A DNA stretch of 64,000 bases from Fidelibacterota bacterium (lineage in GTDB: Bacteria; Fidelibacterota; UBA2242; JAFGTP01). A program made the position numbers and the translations under genes. The notes below the pieces were generated by a model. That model searched no databases. It was not told where the DNA came from and was given only the letters and a program-made list of their open reading frames with translations. The DNA lies in assembly GCA_016934035.1 (NCBI GenBank), contig JAFGTP010000011.1, positions 60,486-124,485 of the forward strand. Reading direction: 5' to 3'. Of this stretch, positions 38,649 through 48,883 are shown one piece after another (position 1 is the stretch's first letter; every line of letters begins with the position of its first letter).

Positions 38649-38749
38649 GTTGAAATGTAATCAAATCCTGAAACAGGAAAAACAAAATTTGCTGAATGCC
38701 CCGGATTGCGGTGTATTCAGCAAATTTCAAAAGGTTGAAGAATAAGGTT

Positions 38750-39628
38750 TTATTTTCCTTTAATGAATTTAGGAAATAAAAGTGGTGTTGCTTTCTTGTA
38801 GGCTTCATAGTCTTTTTGCCCGCCCCATTTTTTGTTACCCCGTTTTTCCAGAATGGGGATACCACTGATTTTGGTCAGCAAAAAAATCACAAAAACCGGG
38901 GAAACAAGCCCTGTCCACTGCAATCCGCGGAATACCGGAAGTGCGATCACCAGAATCCCAAGCCACAGCAGGATTTCGCCAAAATAATTGGGATGACGGG
39001 AAAGCGACCATAATCCGGACTGAATAAATTTGTCCTTGTTCTCAGGATTACTTTTAAAGCGACTTTTCTGATGGTCTGCAATGCTTTCAAACAGGAATCC
39101 GATGAGCCAGAGAATTCCTCCTGCAAGAGTGAATAAATCCGGTTCGACCACCCTTTCCGATGTCAATACAATCAAAGCAGCCAGCAGCGTCAGCGTGACC
39201 CACATGCCCTGTAATGTCCAGGCGTTTAAAAATCGAATGAAGGATGTTTTTAATTCATCAAAACGGCCGTCTTTTCCGGTTTTATGAACACGCAGAAAAA
39301 GAAAACTTCCCAATCGGAGGGCCCAGATTGTGATCATGGAAAGAATTAAAATTGACCGGGTATCAAAATTTTTACTGATCGTGAAAGCCAAATAAATAGT
39401 CACTAGGTAAGTTAAACTGCCCACCAGATCATAGGTTTTTTCCGTCTGAAAAAGATAGGCAGGTATGAAAGCAATCCACTGGATTAAAAAAATGGTTAAA
39501 ACCGATACAAGAATCAGCGGATAACCAAAAATTTTTACACTTTCTACTCCAGCCAATCCGGCAAAACTAAAGGATATCAGCAATACGGTCGGCGGTATCA
39601 GATATAATTGATTATTAGATGATTTCAT
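38750..39628 (-). CDS. DUF1295 / steroid 5-alpha-reductase family membrane protein
   Basis: WALRLG, DGRF, ESIADHQK, GLWSLSRHPNYFGE, SGIPILE. Confidence 0.88.
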   Translation of the reverse strand: MKSSNNQLYLIPPTVLLISFSFAGLAGVESVKIFGYPLILVSVLTIFLIQWIAFIPAYLFQTEKTYDLVGSLTYLVTIYLAFTISKNFDTRSILILSMITIWALRLGSFLFLRVHKTGKDGRFDELKTSFIRFLNAWTLQGMWVTLTLLAALIVLTSERVVEPDLFTLAGGILWLIGFLFESIADHQKSRFKSNPENKDKFIQSGLWSLSRHPNYFGEILLWLGILVIALPVFRGLQWTGLVSPVFVIFLLTKISGIPILEKRGNKKWGGQKDYEAYKKATPLLFPKFIKGK

Positions 39629-39831
39629 AATTTTTTCCTTATAAAATTTTTAACTCTTTGAGCCCTGCTGGTCCTGATTGGTTACAGCCGGTGAAAGGAA
39701 CATTTTAAACAGGCCCGAAGATCAAGTATCTGGTGATTGATTCAAATCCTGGAATATTTGCTTTCCACAGTTGGAAAAACATGACAATATTGTCAGAATA
39801 TGCATCAGAGTTATGATATTCTTCTGGTTAT

Positions 39832-40701
39832 TTAACGTTTGATTACAGAATAGGTATATAACCCCAGGGCCAGCCAGATAAAGGAAAAACTGATCAGATG
39901 AGTCGTGGTAAAGGGTTCATTATAGATCAGGGTTCCGATCAGCAGCATGAAAGTTGGCGAAATGTATTGCAAAAAGCCGACACTTTTCAGAGGAATCATG
40001 GTGACGCCCTGGCCAAAGAGCAAGAGTGGGACAAGAGTGACAATACCGGAAAAAATGAGCAGTGAGACAGTTCTGAAATCGCTGTTCAGAAAGGCAATTT
40101 CAGTAAAACTTTGGACAGAGTTGAAAAAAATAACCAGGAAAAGTGGCAATACCAGGGCCGCTTCCAGCATCAGGGCCGGAATCGCTTTGAGATTGATTTT
40201 TTTTCGTATCAGACTGTAAAGAGCAAAGGTCACTGCCAGGGCCAAAGAGAGTAATGGCAACCGGCCATAATTCAGGGCCAGATACAGCACGCCCAAAAAG
40301 GCCAGAAACACGGATATTTTTTGTTCTCTGGGTAATTTTTCTCTGAGGACCAGAACACCCAGCAATACACTGACCAATGGATTGATATAATATCCGAGAC
40401 TGGCGTCCAGTATGCGATTAATACTGATGGCATAAATAAACAGAAACCAGTTGGTGCCAATCATCAGTGCAGAAAGGAGAATATATTTCAGGTTTTTGTT
40501 ATGCCGGAAGGTATCGCTCAGATAGACGCGGTAGCGGACAGCATTGATAAAAAGCAGTATAATGAGCGTCCAAAAAATCCGGTGTACCAATATTTCCAGT
40601 GGCGAGACCTGTTTCAGCAATTTCCAATAAATAGGCAAAATTCCCCAGCATAAATAAGAAAGAAAGGTATAGAAATAACCTTTAAACGGATGGTGCTTCA
40701 T
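39832..40701 (-). CDS. rarD: RarD-family EamA transporter
   Basis: WGILPIYWK, EILVHRIFW, NWFLFI, ASLGYYINPL, GFLQYISP. Confidence 0.9.
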   Translation of the reverse strand: MKHHPFKGYFYTFLSYLCWGILPIYWKLLKQVSPLEILVHRIFWTLIILLFINAVRYRVYLSDTFRHNKNLKYILLSALMIGTNWFLFIYAISINRILDASLGYYINPLVSVLLGVLVLREKLPREQKISVFLAFLGVLYLALNYGRLPLLSLALAVTFALYSLIRKKINLKAIPALMLEAALVLPLFLVIFFNSVQSFTEIAFLNSDFRTVSLLIFSGIVTLVPLLLFGQGVTMIPLKSVGFLQYISPTFMLLIGTLIYNEPFTTTHLISFSFIWLALGLYTYSVIKR

Positions 40702-41641
40702 TGATAACCTGATCCCGGGATTCGATAAACCGGATAAGCGTGTTACTGATGAGATTGATTATATTAAAGTCGACCTGGTTGTCCCGGGGATTATGAACAT
40801 TTTTAATGTAATAACCACCGGGGACCACAGTCCGGTTCATCATTGAGATGTTTACTGCTCCGGTTTCAGAAAAAGGATAATTATCGGAAATCGGATAGAA
40901 GGGCAGACGTAGCACTTTGCTTTTAATATTTTGGCTAAAAAAGGTATTGGAGAGTTGATGGGCCAGTTCGGCATTTTTGTGGTAGACAATGACGGGAACT
41001 TCCCCATGGGCGACGCAATCCACCGTGATAATTTTTTTATCGGTCAGGAAAAAGTTCTCCTTTTTCCATTTTTTACGCTGCATAAAGGAGCCTAGCAGCC
41101 CCAACTCTTCATTATCAAAAAAGATAAACTTAATTTTGGATTTAAGGTCAGGATTTCCGGATATTTTTTCTGCAATGTCAAGGAGTGTGGCCACTCCGGA
41201 AGTATTGTCGTTTTGATTGACTGGATTGGGAATCAGCAAACTTAAAAATGAGATATAGAAAGTCCATTGAAAGGCCCTCAGCAGCCAGTCGAGGTACTCA
41301 TAGTTTTTCAGAAAAAAACTCCCTGCTGCCAGGATAGTGAATAACATCAGCAGGAGGAGAAACTGCCGGGTATGACCGATTAATCGAAAGAGATATTCGA
41401 AATAAAAGGGCAAAATGGTAGGAGTGTCATAATGAGCACCCAGCACAACCTCACAATCATCCTTTTCTGTTTCCAGGTTTACGCAATTAAAATAGTAGCG
41501 CCCATTTGTGGTTTTCATGGCGTATCCCAGAGACTCCATTTTATTGACGATGAAATCCAGAAAGAGGGTTTTGTCTTTTCGTTTTAAACGTTTAGGGAAT
41601 CGGGCCAGTTCTTTATAAATATCCTGTATCATTCGTTTCAC
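40682..41641 (-). CDS. M28-family metallopeptidase with inserted transmembrane hairpin
   Basis: GAHYDT, NDNTSGV, DNEELGLLGS, DCV, SDN, H..D; hydrophobic insert between HYD and NDN. Confidence 0.82.
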   Translation of the reverse strand: MKRMIQDIYKELARFPKRLKRKDKTLFLDFIVNKMESLGYAMKTTNGRYYFNCVNLETEKDDCEVVLGAHYDTPTILPFYFEYLFRLIGHTRQFLLLLMLFTILAAGSFFLKNYEYLDWLLRAFQWTFYISFLSLLIPNPVNQNDNTSGVATLLDIAEKISGNPDLKSKIKFIFFDNEELGLLGSFMQRKKWKKENFFLTDKKIITVDCVAHGEVPVIVYHKNAELAHQLSNTFFSQNIKSKVLRLPFYPISDNYPFSETGAVNISMMNRTVVPGGYYIKNVHNPRDNQVDFNIINLISNTLIRFIESRDQVINEAPSV

Positions 41642-41799
41642 CTGAAATTTACAGGCAAAATAAAGGAAATTGTTTGAAAAACAAATACTTTTATTTCACT
41701 TAAAAAGTGATAACATTTTTTAAGTATTATTTTCTGGTCCTCTGATGATCAAAAACAGAAAACAGCGGTGCGGGAATGGTCAGCAATCTGATTTGTGAA

Positions 41800-43728
41800 T
41801 CATTGGGCAGGTACAAACCGGGCTGCAAAACCGCCCCCTGGCGCCAGATGGATTTTCAGCAAATCACCGGCAGTGACTTCCTTTTTGGTTTGTTTAAAAT
41901 CCTCAGCATTTTTATCCGCATTTATTCCATCCTGGTAAATGATTGCTTGATATTTACCTTTACCCAGAAAATCAAGTTTGATATCAAAATCCCGAGCGGT
42001 CCAGTCGGTCATTGAACCAAGATAAAACTCCCGGCCGCTTTGCCGGACTGTGACGATATAATCGCCGACTTTTGCCTGCAGTACTATGGTGTCATCCCAC
42101 ACAGTGGGAACAGCCGATAAGAATTCCATACATGCTGGCTCGGCGTAATAATGTGATGGATTGTCGGCCAGCATTTGCAGGGGACTTCCGTAGACAATAT
42201 ACATGGCCAGTTGTTGACAGCGGGTGCCCAGAGTCATTGGTTTGGACCAAGTGGGATGGAAATTGGATTTGATTGTGTTTCTCATACCACCGGGAGTGTA
42301 ATCCATCGGTCCTGCTACATTGCGGGTAAAGGGCAGAATTAGTGCCCATTCCGGATTGGCCCAGTCACTCCATTTTGCCTGTTCCAGTCCGCGGACACCT
42401 TCGCGGGTGATGACATTGGGATAGGTACGCCGTAAACCAGCCGGTTTGTAGGAACCATGAAAATCCACTAACATTTTTCGCCTGGCGGCTTCCCGGGCTA
42501 TTTTTTCATAATACTGGACCATCCATTGGTCATCCCGTTGCATAAAGTCCACTTTGATGCCTTTGATGCCCCATTTTTCGAACTGGTCCAGGGCTTCATC
42601 TAGCTTGTCATCCAGTGCCTTCCAGGTGGTCCACAGAATCAGGCCAACGCCGGTTTGCTTACTGTAGCGCGACAGTTCGTTCATATCTACATCTGGATTG
42701 ACTTTCATCAGGTCTTTCAGGTCATACCAGCCTTCATCGAGGATAATGTACTCAAGACCATAGGTTGAGGCAAAATCCATGTAGTATTTGTAAGTAGCGG
42801 TATTGACGCCTGATTCGAAATCCACTCCCCTGATATTGAGTGCATTCCACCAGTCCCATGCAACTTTTCCGGGCCGGATCCAGTCCGTGTCTTTTAACCG
42901 GCATTCCCCGGCAAGTTGGTAAACCAGTTGTGATTCTGCGATTTCTTTGTCTTCACCGATGATCATCAGGCGCCAGGGGAATTTTCTTGTGCCCTCGGTT
43001 TTCGCCAGGAAGTTTTCGGTTTCAGTGATGATTACATCGCGGTCGCTGGTTTGTCGGGTGGTTTTGGGATATTTGGGAAAGATGGCTTTCAATCCGTTTT
43101 CTTTTCCTGTCAGATAAAAACCCGGATAGTCGAATAAGGCCGATTCTGAAATAAATATTTTAATATTATTGGATCCATCTATCAAAGTCGGTATGGAACA
43201 GAACTTTTGACCAATTTCTTCCAAAGACAGGTATTTGTATTCTCGTTCCTGGTGACTGTACATGCTTTCTTCTTCCGGGAACCAGAGATTGTAATTTGCC
43301 GGGAAATTGTATTCGATGGTTTCATTGACAATGGTCTGCTCCTCTTTCTGCTCAGTGACAAACCTGTAGGCAAAACCATGATTGTAGGCCCTGAATATCA
43401 GATTGAATTCATTAAAAAAAAGTGTCAATTCCCGGTAATGGTCCCGTATCTCTTTACTTTTTTCCCGAACAACAGGACGGAGGGTCATATCAATTTCATG
43501 GTTTTGTACCCGGCTTACGGTTGCGCCGGGTCCCAGTTGCCGGCTTGCAGTTTGCAGGGCAATTTGTGAAGGGTTTAAAATTTTTTGCTGGTTGTATGTT
43601 AATTCATAGGTAATGATTTTGTCTACGTTTACAATTGCTTCCAAAAAATTGTTCGGCGATGAAATTTTGTAAGAATTTCCCCATAAAAAACAAACGGTTG
43701 AAAGGAATATTAAGATCGATTTTTTCAT
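41800..43728 (-). CDS. Glycoside hydrolase family 97 (alpha-glucosidase/alpha-galactosidase)
   Basis: PWR, WIRPGKVAWDWW, LDEGW, GIKVDF, DFHG, TREGVRGLE, PFTRNVAGPMDYTPG, LAPGGG. Confidence 0.93.
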   Translation of the reverse strand: MKKSILIFLSTVCFLWGNSYKISSPNNFLEAIVNVDKIITYELTYNQQKILNPSQIALQTASRQLGPGATVSRVQNHEIDMTLRPVVREKSKEIRDHYRELTLFFNEFNLIFRAYNHGFAYRFVTEQKEEQTIVNETIEYNFPANYNLWFPEEESMYSHQEREYKYLSLEEIGQKFCSIPTLIDGSNNIKIFISESALFDYPGFYLTGKENGLKAIFPKYPKTTRQTSDRDVIITETENFLAKTEGTRKFPWRLMIIGEDKEIAESQLVYQLAGECRLKDTDWIRPGKVAWDWWNALNIRGVDFESGVNTATYKYYMDFASTYGLEYIILDEGWYDLKDLMKVNPDVDMNELSRYSKQTGVGLILWTTWKALDDKLDEALDQFEKWGIKGIKVDFMQRDDQWMVQYYEKIAREAARRKMLVDFHGSYKPAGLRRTYPNVITREGVRGLEQAKWSDWANPEWALILPFTRNVAGPMDYTPGGMRNTIKSNFHPTWSKPMTLGTRCQQLAMYIVYGSPLQMLADNPSHYYAEPACMEFLSAVPTVWDDTIVLQAKVGDYIVTVRQSGREFYLGSMTDWTARDFDIKLDFLGKGKYQAIIYQDGINADKNAEDFKQTKKEVTAGDLLKIHLAPGGGFAARFVPAQ

Positions 43729-43930
43729 GATTTCCCTCCTTTGAATAATCCCTCTAAACGAGATTAATATATTTGAAGGAATCTGAAATAAAAAGTAATT
43801 TTTCATGCCTCATAAACAAAAACAGCTGCAAAAAAGCTGTTTATAATTTGTTTAAACAAAACAAACTCCAAACTAACATTACATTGCTTAATATTTTGGC
43901 ATGAGGATTTATTAACTAATTGGAGGTTTT

Positions 43931-46729
43931 ATGAAAAGAAATTGGTTTTTGATTATTTTTTCTATTTTAATCGTTAACACTGTTTTATTGGCCACTCCGG
44001 GGACCATCAGCGGAAAAATTATTGATGATGATAATTTTTCCCTGGCCGGCGCCAATGTTTTTATACCCGTGCTGGGGTCAGGAACAGCAACCAATCATAA
44101 CGGAGAATTTGTGCTGGTCAATGTTCCGGAAGGTGAATATGAATTGAAAGTTACCTATATGGGCTATGAACAGCAAGCCCTGAAGGTAAAAGTTGAGGGC
44201 GGAAAATCTTCTGTTCTGACGATTGAAATGAAGCCGGGTGTGATAGTCGGAAATGAAGTTCTGGTTTTAGGTGATCGTCTGAAAGGACAGGCAAAAGCAC
44301 TTCAACAGCAAAAAACCAGTGGTAGAATCAGCAATGTGGTTTCTTCCGATCAAATTGGACGTTTTCCCGATGCCAATATCGGTGACGCTTTAAAACGCAT
44401 TCCATCGATCCATGTGAATTATGATCAGGGTGAAGCCCGATTTGTCAATATCCGCGGTACAGAGGCCCGACTGAATTCTGTGATGATCAATGGTGACCGG
44501 GTGCCTTCAGCTGAAGGGGAAATCCGGACAGTCCAGGTGGATTTAATTCCTTCCGACATGATTCAAACCATTGAAGTCAGCAAAGCCATTACGGCTGATA
44601 TGGATGCTGATGCAATCGGCGGTGCTATTAATCTGGTGACCCGCCAGGCCCCTAATGGCCGTCGAATTTCCGGCACCCTAGGCAGCGGATACAATTTTAT
44701 ATCTGCAAAGCCGCAAATGATCGGCTCCGGTGTATTGGGACAAAGATTTTTTAAAAATAAGCTGGGTGTTGTGCTGTCAGCTTCCTATTTTGATAACCCG
44801 ATGGGCTCCCATGATGCTGAAGGGGAATGGGACTTTGATGATGACGGAAACGTTATGCTGAAAGAATGGCAGATTCGGACTTATTTTGTTCAGAGAATCA
44901 GAAAAAGTATCTCCGGCAATTTTGATTTTGCCATCAATGACAATCATAAACTGATGCTGAATACGATGTACAATCATCGCAATGACTGGGAAAACAGATA
45001 CCGTGTGGTTTATGCTGACCTGGATGAAGGTGATGAAGCCAAAATTGAAAGGCAGGTGAAAGGCGGGATAGACAATGACGCCAATCATAGTGCCAGACTG
45101 GAAGACCAGCGTATCACCAGTCTCTCATTAAAAGGCGAACATCTCCTGGGAAATATCAAAATGGACTGGTCTGCCGGCTACGCAAAAGCATCTGAAGAAA
45201 GACCCAATGAAAGGTATATTCAATGGGTAGTAGAAGATGTGGAATTTACCCAGGATTTTTCAAAGATGCGGGAACCCAAGATCAATGCGGTTGATGCATC
45301 TGCTATCGCTTATGAAAATTTTGAATTGGATGAGTTAACTGAAGAATATCAGTATACGGACGAACAGGATCTGAATGCCAGATTGAATCTTGTAATTCCG
45401 GTCATCAAAGAAGGCCAATACAACAACAACCTCAAAGTCGGTTTTAAGTATAAACAAAAAGATAAAAAACGGGATAATGAATTCTATGAATACTCTCCAC
45501 TTGAAGAGGGTGACCTGGAATATATGACGAATACAAAATTGAAAGATATCACTGAAGAAAATTTTCTGGCTGGCGATTATGAAGCCGGTGAATTTACCGA
45601 TGCAGAATATCTTGGCGGATTAAAATTAAGTGATGCCTCAAGATTTGAAAAAGAAGATAAACCCGATGAATATGCAGCAGACAACTACGAAGCCACTGAA
45701 ACAGTGACTGCCGGCTATCTGTTGCTGGACCAGAATATCGGTGAAAAACTTTCACTCAATGCCGGATTGCGGGTTGAAATGACCAATATTGATTATACCG
45801 GTAATGAATGGATTGAAGAAGATGAAGAAGGGAATGAAAATGTCATCAAATCCACCAATGGCACAGATGATTACATGGACATTTTACCCAGTTTACATAT
45901 TCGCTATGAATTTGACAAAAATACCATTTTGAAGGCCGCCTGGACCAATACCATTGCCCGTCCGAATTATTACGACCTGGTTCCTTATCGGGCCATCGAG
46001 GGATATGATGAAGGTAATGTTTTTGAGGAAATGGCAGTAGGCAACCCGGCCCTGGAACCTACCCGTTCTATGAATTTCGATCTCATGGGTGAGAAATATT
46101 TCTCCACTATCGGTATTCTATCAGCAGGAGTGTTCTATAAAGCAATTACCGACTATATCTACGTCCAGGAACTGAACGACTTTGAAGAAGACGGCCGAAT
46201 CTATGAGGATTACTTCAAACCCATGAATGGGGGGGATGCAACATTGTATGGTTTTGAATTCGCCTATCAGCAACAATTGGGGTTTATCACGCCGGCTTTA
46301 AAAAATGTTGGTGTTTATTTTAACTATACCTATACCTATTCTGAAGCCGATAATCCGGCAATTGACGATATCCTTGAAGATGCTGATGAAGATAAAATCG
46401 GCCTTCCGGGAACTGCTCCCCATGCCTTAAATACGGCTTTAACCTATCAGACTAAGAAGTTCGGCACCGGCTTGTCCTTTAATTTCACCGATGCTTATCT
46501 TGATGGCGATGAAATGGACCTGACACCCGGCCTGGAAAGATATTATGACAAGGTCACTTACCTGGACTTCAATGCTTCCTACCTGATCAATGATCATTTC
46601 AGGATTTTCCTGGAAGCCAATAATCTTCTGAACCAACCATTAAGGTATTATGCCGGTGATCCGGAAAGGACTTACCAGGGAGAATATTACAATCGTCGTT
46701 TAAGTTTTGGATTAAAATTTGACATGTAA
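43931..46729 (+). CDS. TonB-dependent receptor linked to phytase
   Basis: IGRFPDANIGDALKRIP, DQGEARFVNIRG, DMDADAIGG, GNPALEP. Confidence 0.92.
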   Translation: MKRNWFLIIFSILIVNTVLLATPGTISGKIIDDDNFSLAGANVFIPVLGSGTATNHNGEFVLVNVPEGEYELKVTYMGYEQQALKVKVEGGKSSVLTIEMKPGVIVGNEVLVLGDRLKGQAKALQQQKTSGRISNVVSSDQIGRFPDANIGDALKRIPSIHVNYDQGEARFVNIRGTEARLNSVMINGDRVPSAEGEIRTVQVDLIPSDMIQTIEVSKAITADMDADAIGGAINLVTRQAPNGRRISGTLGSGYNFISAKPQMIGSGVLGQRFFKNKLGVVLSASYFDNPMGSHDAEGEWDFDDDGNVMLKEWQIRTYFVQRIRKSISGNFDFAINDNHKLMLNTMYNHRNDWENRYRVVYADLDEGDEAKIERQVKGGIDNDANHSARLEDQRITSLSLKGEHLLGNIKMDWSAGYAKASEERPNERYIQWVVEDVEFTQDFSKMREPKINAVDASAIAYENFELDELTEEYQYTDEQDLNARLNLVIPVIKEGQYNNNLKVGFKYKQKDKKRDNEFYEYSPLEEGDLEYMTNTKLKDITEENFLAGDYEAGEFTDAEYLGGLKLSDASRFEKEDKPDEYAADNYEATETVTAGYLLLDQNIGEKLSLNAGLRVEMTNIDYTGNEWIEEDEEGNENVIKSTNGTDDYMDILPSLHIRYEFDKNTILKAAWTNTIARPNYYDLVPYRAIEGYDEGNVFEEMAVGNPALEPTRSMNFDLMGEKYFSTIGILSAGVFYKAITDYIYVQELNDFEEDGRIYEDYFKPMNGGDATLYGFEFAYQQQLGFITPALKNVGVYFNYTYTYSEADNPAIDDILEDADEDKIGLPGTAPHALNTALTYQTKKFGTGLSFNFTDAYLDGDEMDLTPGLERYYDKVTYLDFNASYLINDHFRIFLEANNLLNQPLRYYAGDPERTYQGEYYNRRLSFGLKFDM

Positions 46730-46740
46730 TCGCTGAAAAC

Positions 46741-46800
46741 TTTATAAAAAAGAGACAGGGAAGTTTGCCTTTTGGGTGAATTTCCCTCTCTTTATATAAA
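46741..46800 (+). other. Intercistronic stem-loop between TBDR and phytase
   Basis: AGGGAAGTTTGCC/GGTGAATTTCCCT with flanking AGAGA/TCTCT. Confidence 0.55.
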
Positions 46801-46815
46801 ACCAATGAGGAAAAA

Positions 46816-47904
46816 ATGAAAAAAATAATTTTCATGATCATTTTGTTTATTATTATGATACAATTTTGCAAAAAAACTGAAATTGTCGGATTTACGATCA
46901 CGGCATGGGAAGAAACCGATGAAATGGCAGCCGGTATCCACGATGATGCTGCTGATGATCCAGCCATCTGGATAAATGATGAGGACCGGTCCCAAAGTAT
47001 TGTTTTCGGAACCAATAAAATTGATCAGGGGGGTGTCTATGCTTTTGATCTGAAAGGCAATAAACTGACCTATTATAAAATTGGAGCCATCAACAATATT
47101 GATGTTCGCTATGGACTGACCAATGGATTGGACACCATTGATTTTCTGGGAGGTTCCAACAGAAGTGATACAACCTTGACTTTTATGAAAATTGACTCCA
47201 GGGGCGTATTAACGCCAACAGGTAAAATTAAATCAAAAGTCGACGAAGTATACGGGTTTTGCCTGCATCATGACAAAAAGAGCAATGAATTCTATGCTTT
47301 TGTCGTCAGTAGTTCTGGGCAACTGGAGCAATGGGAATTGGGACTATCTGAAGATTTGATGATTACCGGTGAACTGGTCCGCCAAATCGAGGTTGGCTCA
47401 AAATGCGAGGGCTTGGTAGCCGATGATGAACTGAATATACTCTATGTTGGCGAAGAAGAAAATTGTATCTGGAAATACAGTACCGATGCGACAACGGGAG
47501 AAAGCCGGGAAAAACTGGTCATGTCGGGTGCGGAAAATTCAAAAATCGCCTATGATATTGAAGGACTGGGTCTATATTACATGCCCAATGGTGAGGGGTA
47601 CCTGATTGCTTCCAGCCAGGGAAATTTTTCTTATGCCCTTTTTGATCGAAAAAAGGGTCATTACCTGACAAGTTTTTCTGTTGTGGACGGTACAATCGAT
47701 GGCGTCCAGGAAACCGATGGCCTGGAAATACTCAACCTGTCATTAAATGAAGAATTTGATTCAGGTTTGCTGGTAGTCCAGGACGGATACAATTACAACA
47801 AGGATAAAAAATATTCACAGAATTTTAAATACATCCGATGGCAGGATATCGTAAATTCAAGTGACGTTGAATTAAAAATAAATAATGAATATGATATCCG
47901 TTAA
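46816..47904 (+). CDS. Beta-propeller phytase (3-phytase)
   Basis: DAADDPAIW, NNIDVRY, VYGFCL, CEGLVADDE, DIEGL, ASSQGN, ETDG, QNFK. Confidence 0.92.
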   Translation: MKKIIFMIILFIIMIQFCKKTEIVGFTITAWEETDEMAAGIHDDAADDPAIWINDEDRSQSIVFGTNKIDQGGVYAFDLKGNKLTYYKIGAINNIDVRYGLTNGLDTIDFLGGSNRSDTTLTFMKIDSRGVLTPTGKIKSKVDEVYGFCLHHDKKSNEFYAFVVSSSGQLEQWELGLSEDLMITGELVRQIEVGSKCEGLVADDELNILYVGEEENCIWKYSTDATTGESREKLVMSGAENSKIAYDIEGLGLYYMPNGEGYLIASSQGNFSYALFDRKKGHYLTSFSVVDGTIDGVQETDGLEILNLSLNEEFDSGLLVVQDGYNYNKDKKYSQNFKYIRWQDIVNSSDVELKINNEYDIR

Positions 47905-47941
47905 TTGATATTATTTTGTACTTCCCTCCTTCCTTACTCAC

Positions 47942-47973
47942 AAAAGGATGCATTTTTATTGCATCCTTTTTTT
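47942..47973 (+). terminator. Terminator after phytase
   Basis: AAAAGGATGCA/TGCATCCTTTT plus T-run. Confidence 0.8.
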
Positions 47974-48017
47974 ATTTCCTGGAAAATTATAAATTTTCTT
48001 TAACAGAAGGAGTAATT

Positions 48018-48755
48018 ATGAAAAAGATTTTAGGTATATTCATGATAACCATTTTTCTATCCCAATGTGGAACGATGAAACCAAATTTTGAAGTCAGATC
48101 CGGACAAAATCCGGCAGTTTTTAAAAAGACCCTGAAAAAAGAGATTATGGTCAATTACCTGATCCATTTGCCGGAAAATTATAAGAAAGACGGCCAGTCC
48201 TTTCCCATGCTGGTTTTTCTGCATGGTGCCGGAGAAAGAGGCAACGATATAGAAAAAGTAAAAGCCTGGGGCCCGCCGAAAATTGCAGAAAATGACAAAT
48301 CCTTTCCCTATGTTCTGGTTTCGCCTCAGTGCCCGGAGGGAGACTGGTGGTCCAATCCCTCACAGTTGGAAAATCTTTATGTTCTTATCACTGCGGTAAT
48401 GGAAAATTATAACGTGGACAAAAGCAAAGTATATCTGACTGGTTTGAGCATGGGCGGGTATGGCACCTGGGCACTGGCAATTCAGCATCCAGAACTTTTT
48501 GCTGCCATTGCACCGATATGCGGTGGAGGTCAGCCTCGCATGACACGCAATCTGGTCGATATACCGACCTGGGTTTTTCATGGCGCCAAAGATACGGTTG
48601 TACCCATAAACGAATCGGAAAATATGGTTAATGCCCTGAAAAAGTTTGGCGGTAATGTAAAATTTACCGTTTTCCCCGAAGCCACTCACAATTCGTGGAC
48701 CCAGGCATATAATGAAACGGACCTGCTTACTTGGTTTTTAAAGTATCAGAAATAA
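48018..48755 (+). CDS. Alpha/beta-hydrolase (phospholipase/carboxylesterase-like), probable lipoprotein
   Basis: LHGAGERG, GLSMGG, HGAKD..VP, H(NSW); LSQC lipobox-like; AAGGAG before ATG 48018. Confidence 0.85.
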   Translation: MKKILGIFMITIFLSQCGTMKPNFEVRSGQNPAVFKKTLKKEIMVNYLIHLPENYKKDGQSFPMLVFLHGAGERGNDIEKVKAWGPPKIAENDKSFPYVLVSPQCPEGDWWSNPSQLENLYVLITAVMENYNVDKSKVYLTGLSMGGYGTWALAIQHPELFAAIAPICGGGQPRMTRNLVDIPTWVFHGAKDTVVPINESENMVNALKKFGGNVKFTVFPEATHNSWTQAYNETDLLTWFLKYQK

Positions 48756-48788
48756 AAATAAAAGCCTTCTTTGAAGGTTTTTATTTTT
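48755..48788 (+). terminator. Probable terminator
   Basis: AAAATAAAAGCCTTC/GAAGGTTTTTATTTT. Confidence 0.65.
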
Positions 48789-48883
48789 CAGGTCCTTTTC
48801 TCAACCAGTAAATCTGTTTTTATTCTGGTGTTAATTTTTTAACTTTACAGGCTGATGTAAATTAAAAATTGGAGCCTGAGCTG

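Noticed and set aside
43860..43911. Pho box or sigma54 promoter (TGGCATGAGGATTTA) before the phytase TBDR
   Set aside because: No clean 11-bp direct-repeat spacing; the -12 TTG is missing and the implied start would fall on the SD
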